A stretch of 64,000 nucleotides of DNA from an uncultured Syntrophaceae bacterium (GTDB lineage Bacteria > Desulfobacterota > Syntrophia > Syntrophales > UBA8958): NCBI GenBank assembly GCA_964492965.1, contig CAZBME010000010.1, positions 11,031-75,030 on the forward strand, given 5' to 3'. The notes beneath the pieces were generated by a model. That model searched no databases, was not told the DNA's origin, and saw nothing but the letters and a program-made list of their open reading frames with translations. Shown one piece after another: positions 62,029-64,000 of this stretch; within the stretch, counting starts at the first letter, position 1, and every line of letters begins with the position of its first letter. The translations under genes and the position numbers were made by a program.

Positions 62029-63195
62029 TCAAGACAGGAACATGGGCTTTCCCAGCATGTCGAGCACCTTGGGCTTATAATTTTCTGAGTCATATAGGGC
62101 TGTTACGTCAACGCACTTCTTCCCGGCAATGACCAGATCCAGCGGGACGGTCGTATAAATGCCGTGTTGGAGAGCAACCATCCGTCCGGTGTGCCCTTTG
62201 GCGGCCTGATCCAGGGCCAGATGGCCAAAAGAAATGGCCACCATTCGGTCGAGGGAATCGGGCGCGCCGGTGCGCATGACATAGGCCAGGGGCTGATACA
62301 TGGTGTTCAGTCCGAACCTTTTGATTTCTTCAGAGATGTAGTATCCGATTCCTCCGAGTTTCTGGTGTCCGTAAGCGTCTGCTTCGCCGCACTGCTGAAT
62401 GACGCCGCCGATGGGATAGGCGCCTTCCGAAACCGTCATAATGGCATAATGTGAGGGATTTCTTCTACGGTCTTCCGCAAGAAAATGGATCAGTCGTTCC
62501 ATTTCAAACGGCACTTCCGAGATGACGGCCCGGTCCACGTCCGCCAGATAGGCCGCAAAAAGGGAGGTTTCTCCGGAGTTTCGCCCGAACAATTCCACCA
62601 CACCGATGCGCTCATGGGATCCGACGGAGGTGCGGAAGGCGGTTATCGTCTCCACGGAACGCGTCACGGCGGTAGAAAAACCGATGCAGTAATCGGTGCC
62701 GAAGACGTCATTGTCCATCGTTTTGGGGATGGCCACGACGCGAACACCCTCTTTGTGGAGACGCCTGGCAAAGCTGAGGGTGTCGTCGCCGCCGATAGGA
62801 ATGAGGGCGAAAAGGGCGAGATGATCGAGGACACGCAGGACATGCCTGGTGCAATCGATGGTGCCGGAAGGGTTGATTGCCCTGTCTTCGTCACGAACCC
62901 AGGCAGGCACGTCGTCCGGTCTGACGTTACTGGGATTGGTGCGGGACGTGTGCAGGAAGGTGCCGCCGGTGCGGTCGATCTTGCGCACCGTCTCCACATC
63001 CAGCGGCATCGTCCACTTGTCTGCGGCGCCCGGGTCGTCCGGATCGATGTTCAACATGCTCATCCAGCCCCGTCTCAGGCCGACAATCTGGATATCGTAG
63101 GCCTGTGCCCTCACCACCGCCGCCTTGATGGCGACATTCAATCCGGGAACATCGCCGCCGCCTGTCAGAATACCGATACGTCGTTGGGCCGTCAT
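62029..63195 (-). CDS. 6-phosphofructokinase, residues suggest the pyrophosphate-dependent type
   Basis: Carries IGILTGGGDVPGLN, PIGGDDTL and AIPKTMDNDV. Start placed at ATG 63195 behind GGAGGAG; the ORF-track start 63258 is rejected. Confidence 0.88.
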   Translation of the reverse strand: MTAQRRIGILTGGGDVPGLNVAIKAAVVRAQAYDIQIVGLRRGWMSMLNIDPDDPGAADKWTMPLDVETVRKIDRTGGTFLHTSRTNPSNVRPDDVPAWVRDEDRAINPSGTIDCTRHVLRVLDHLALFALIPIGGDDTLSFARRLHKEGVRVVAIPKTMDNDVFGTDYCIGFSTAVTRSVETITAFRTSVGSHERIGVVELFGRNSGETSLFAAYLADVDRAVISEVPFEMERLIHFLAEDRRRNPSHYAIMTVSEGAYPIGGVIQQCGEADAYGHQKLGGIGYYISEEIKRFGLNTMYQPLAYVMRTGAPDSLDRMVAISFGHLALDQAAKGHTGRMVALQHGIYTTVPLDLVIAGKKCVDVTALYDSENYKPKVLDMLGKPMFLS

Positions 63196-63353
63196 AAGCA
63201 ATCTCCTCCTGGATACCATCACAGATCGAAGCGCCACGCGGCCCTCGGTCTGCTGCACCTATTTAAAAAGGGTTGGAATTGATCTTATCAAGCCGGTCAG
63301 AACGAGTTCATGATACCACCATTTGTAAAAAAAACTACAAAAAGGTGCAAACA

Positions 63354-64000
63354 TCAAAGCCTTGTCCAAAGGGCTATCTGATAGGCAAGAACGCCACCGA
63401 CGAAGGAGACGGCAAGCATGAGTGCAAAGGATGCGCCGAACCATCTCCAGCTGTTCAGTTCCCGTTTCATGACCGCCAGCGTGGCCGCACAGGGGATAAA
63501 CAGCATGAGAACGACCAGAAAGGCCAGGGCGGAGGCATGGCTCATCACGGTCGGCAGGGCATGGACCAGTCCTTCCCGACCGACGCCGTAAAGGACTCCC
63601 AGGGTGGCCATGGAATTTTCCTTGGCAATGATGCTGGTCAGAAGAGCCGTCATCATCTTCCAGTCGAGTCCCATGGGATGTCCGATGGGTTCGATGAATT
63701 GCCCGAATAACGCCAGATAACTGTCTTCGATCCGTCCATGGGGCAGGTGGGCCAGAATCCAGATCCCTACGGAAACAAGCAGGATAACCGTCCCGGCCTT
63801 CTTGACAAAAGAGAGGATGCTGGCCCAGATGACCATGCCGATCGTCTTCGGGTCCGGCTTGTGATAAAGGGGCAGTTCCATAATAAAGGGCATGGCGCTC
63901 TCCTTGAGGATAAAACGGCTGGCGACCATACCCGTCAAGCCGAGAACCATCATGTCCGCCGCCAGAATGGACCACGACACGACGGTGGCGGCATGGGGGA
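63354..64000 (-). CDS. feoB: Ferrous iron transporter FeoB, C-terminal membrane part (the 5' end lies beyond the right edge)
   Basis: The frame is open to the window edge. It carries FIMELPLYHKP, the gate-motif region and polytopic C-terminal helices. Confidence 0.85.
   Translation of the reverse strand, partial: PHAATVVSWSILAADMMVLGLTGMVASRFILKESAMPFIMELPLYHKPDPKTIGMVIWASILSFVKKAGTVILLVSVGIWILAHLPHGRIEDSYLALFGQFIEPIGHPMGLDWKMMTALLTSIIAKENSMATLGVLYGVGREGLVHALPTVMSHASALAFLVVLMLFIPCAATLAVMKRELNSWRWFGASFALMLAVSFVGGVLAYQIALWTRL

Noticed and set aside
1-64000. I searched for CRISPR arrays, tRNA/rRNA genes, transposases, integrases, toxin-antitoxin pairs and known defence-system genes.
   Set aside because: No regularly spaced direct repeats, cloverleaf-compatible sequences or rRNA-like segments were seen in the intergenic regions. 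No DDE, tyrosine or serine recombinase motifs were seen in any ORF. The only repeats are those reported as features.

Overview
This is a 64-kb chromosomal segment. It holds about 58 protein-coding genes, one riboswitch, several intrinsic terminators and promoter/operator candidates, three decayed gene relics and one frameshifted transporter. I saw no rRNA, tRNA, CRISPR array, transposase, integrase or phage gene. The gene content includes a multihaem cytochrome c, a Tat-exported flavin reductase, a B12-radical-SAM enzyme, an NDP-forming acyl-CoA synthetase, a PPi-type phosphofructokinase signature and many acyl-CoA genes. That suggests a strictly anaerobic, deltaproteobacterial/syntroph-like host, but this is inference only. 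Layout, left to right: (1) a czcCBA/cusCBA-like heavy-metal RND efflux operon (1-5147, minus) preceded by a small His/Cys protein. (2) A yybP-ykoY Mn2+ riboswitch with terminator in front of a TerC-family gene (5855-6778). (3) A translationally coupled four-gene operon (6902-12426, minus): NDP-forming acyl-CoA synthetase, gamma-TMT-like methyltransferase, tocopherol-cyclase-like protein, B12-radical-SAM enzyme. (4) A TetR-controlled Atu/Liu-like acyl-CoA carboxylase and beta-oxidation cluster (12586-26258) with a split biotin subunit, an AtuA-like gene, relics of a lost acyl-CoA ligase and a CoA-transferase-GNAT fusion. (5) A housekeeping block (26362-48884): cca, thiamin salvage, tatD, fadD, permeases, rsfS, comF, rfaE2, FGGY kinase, dksA, priA, a SEC-C protein and a frameshifted MFS gene. 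(6) An 11-kb TetR-headed redox cluster (49000-60458): yqhD, two nitroreductases, a Cys-rich Fe-S protein, an 803-aa DUF362-like protein, a FadH/enoate-reductase-type enzyme, a tetrahaem cytochrome c and a Tat-exported FAD reductase. The last two genes are flanked by a duplicated gene end. (7) A secreted hypothetical protein, a phosphofructokinase and the 3' part of feoB. The best candidates for undescribed biology are blocks 3 and 6. Many starts were moved inward from the ORF track, which reports the longest ORF including GTG/TTG starts, to ATG codons preceded by Shine-Dalgarno sequences. All family assignments come from motif recognition by eye and memory. No searches were run.
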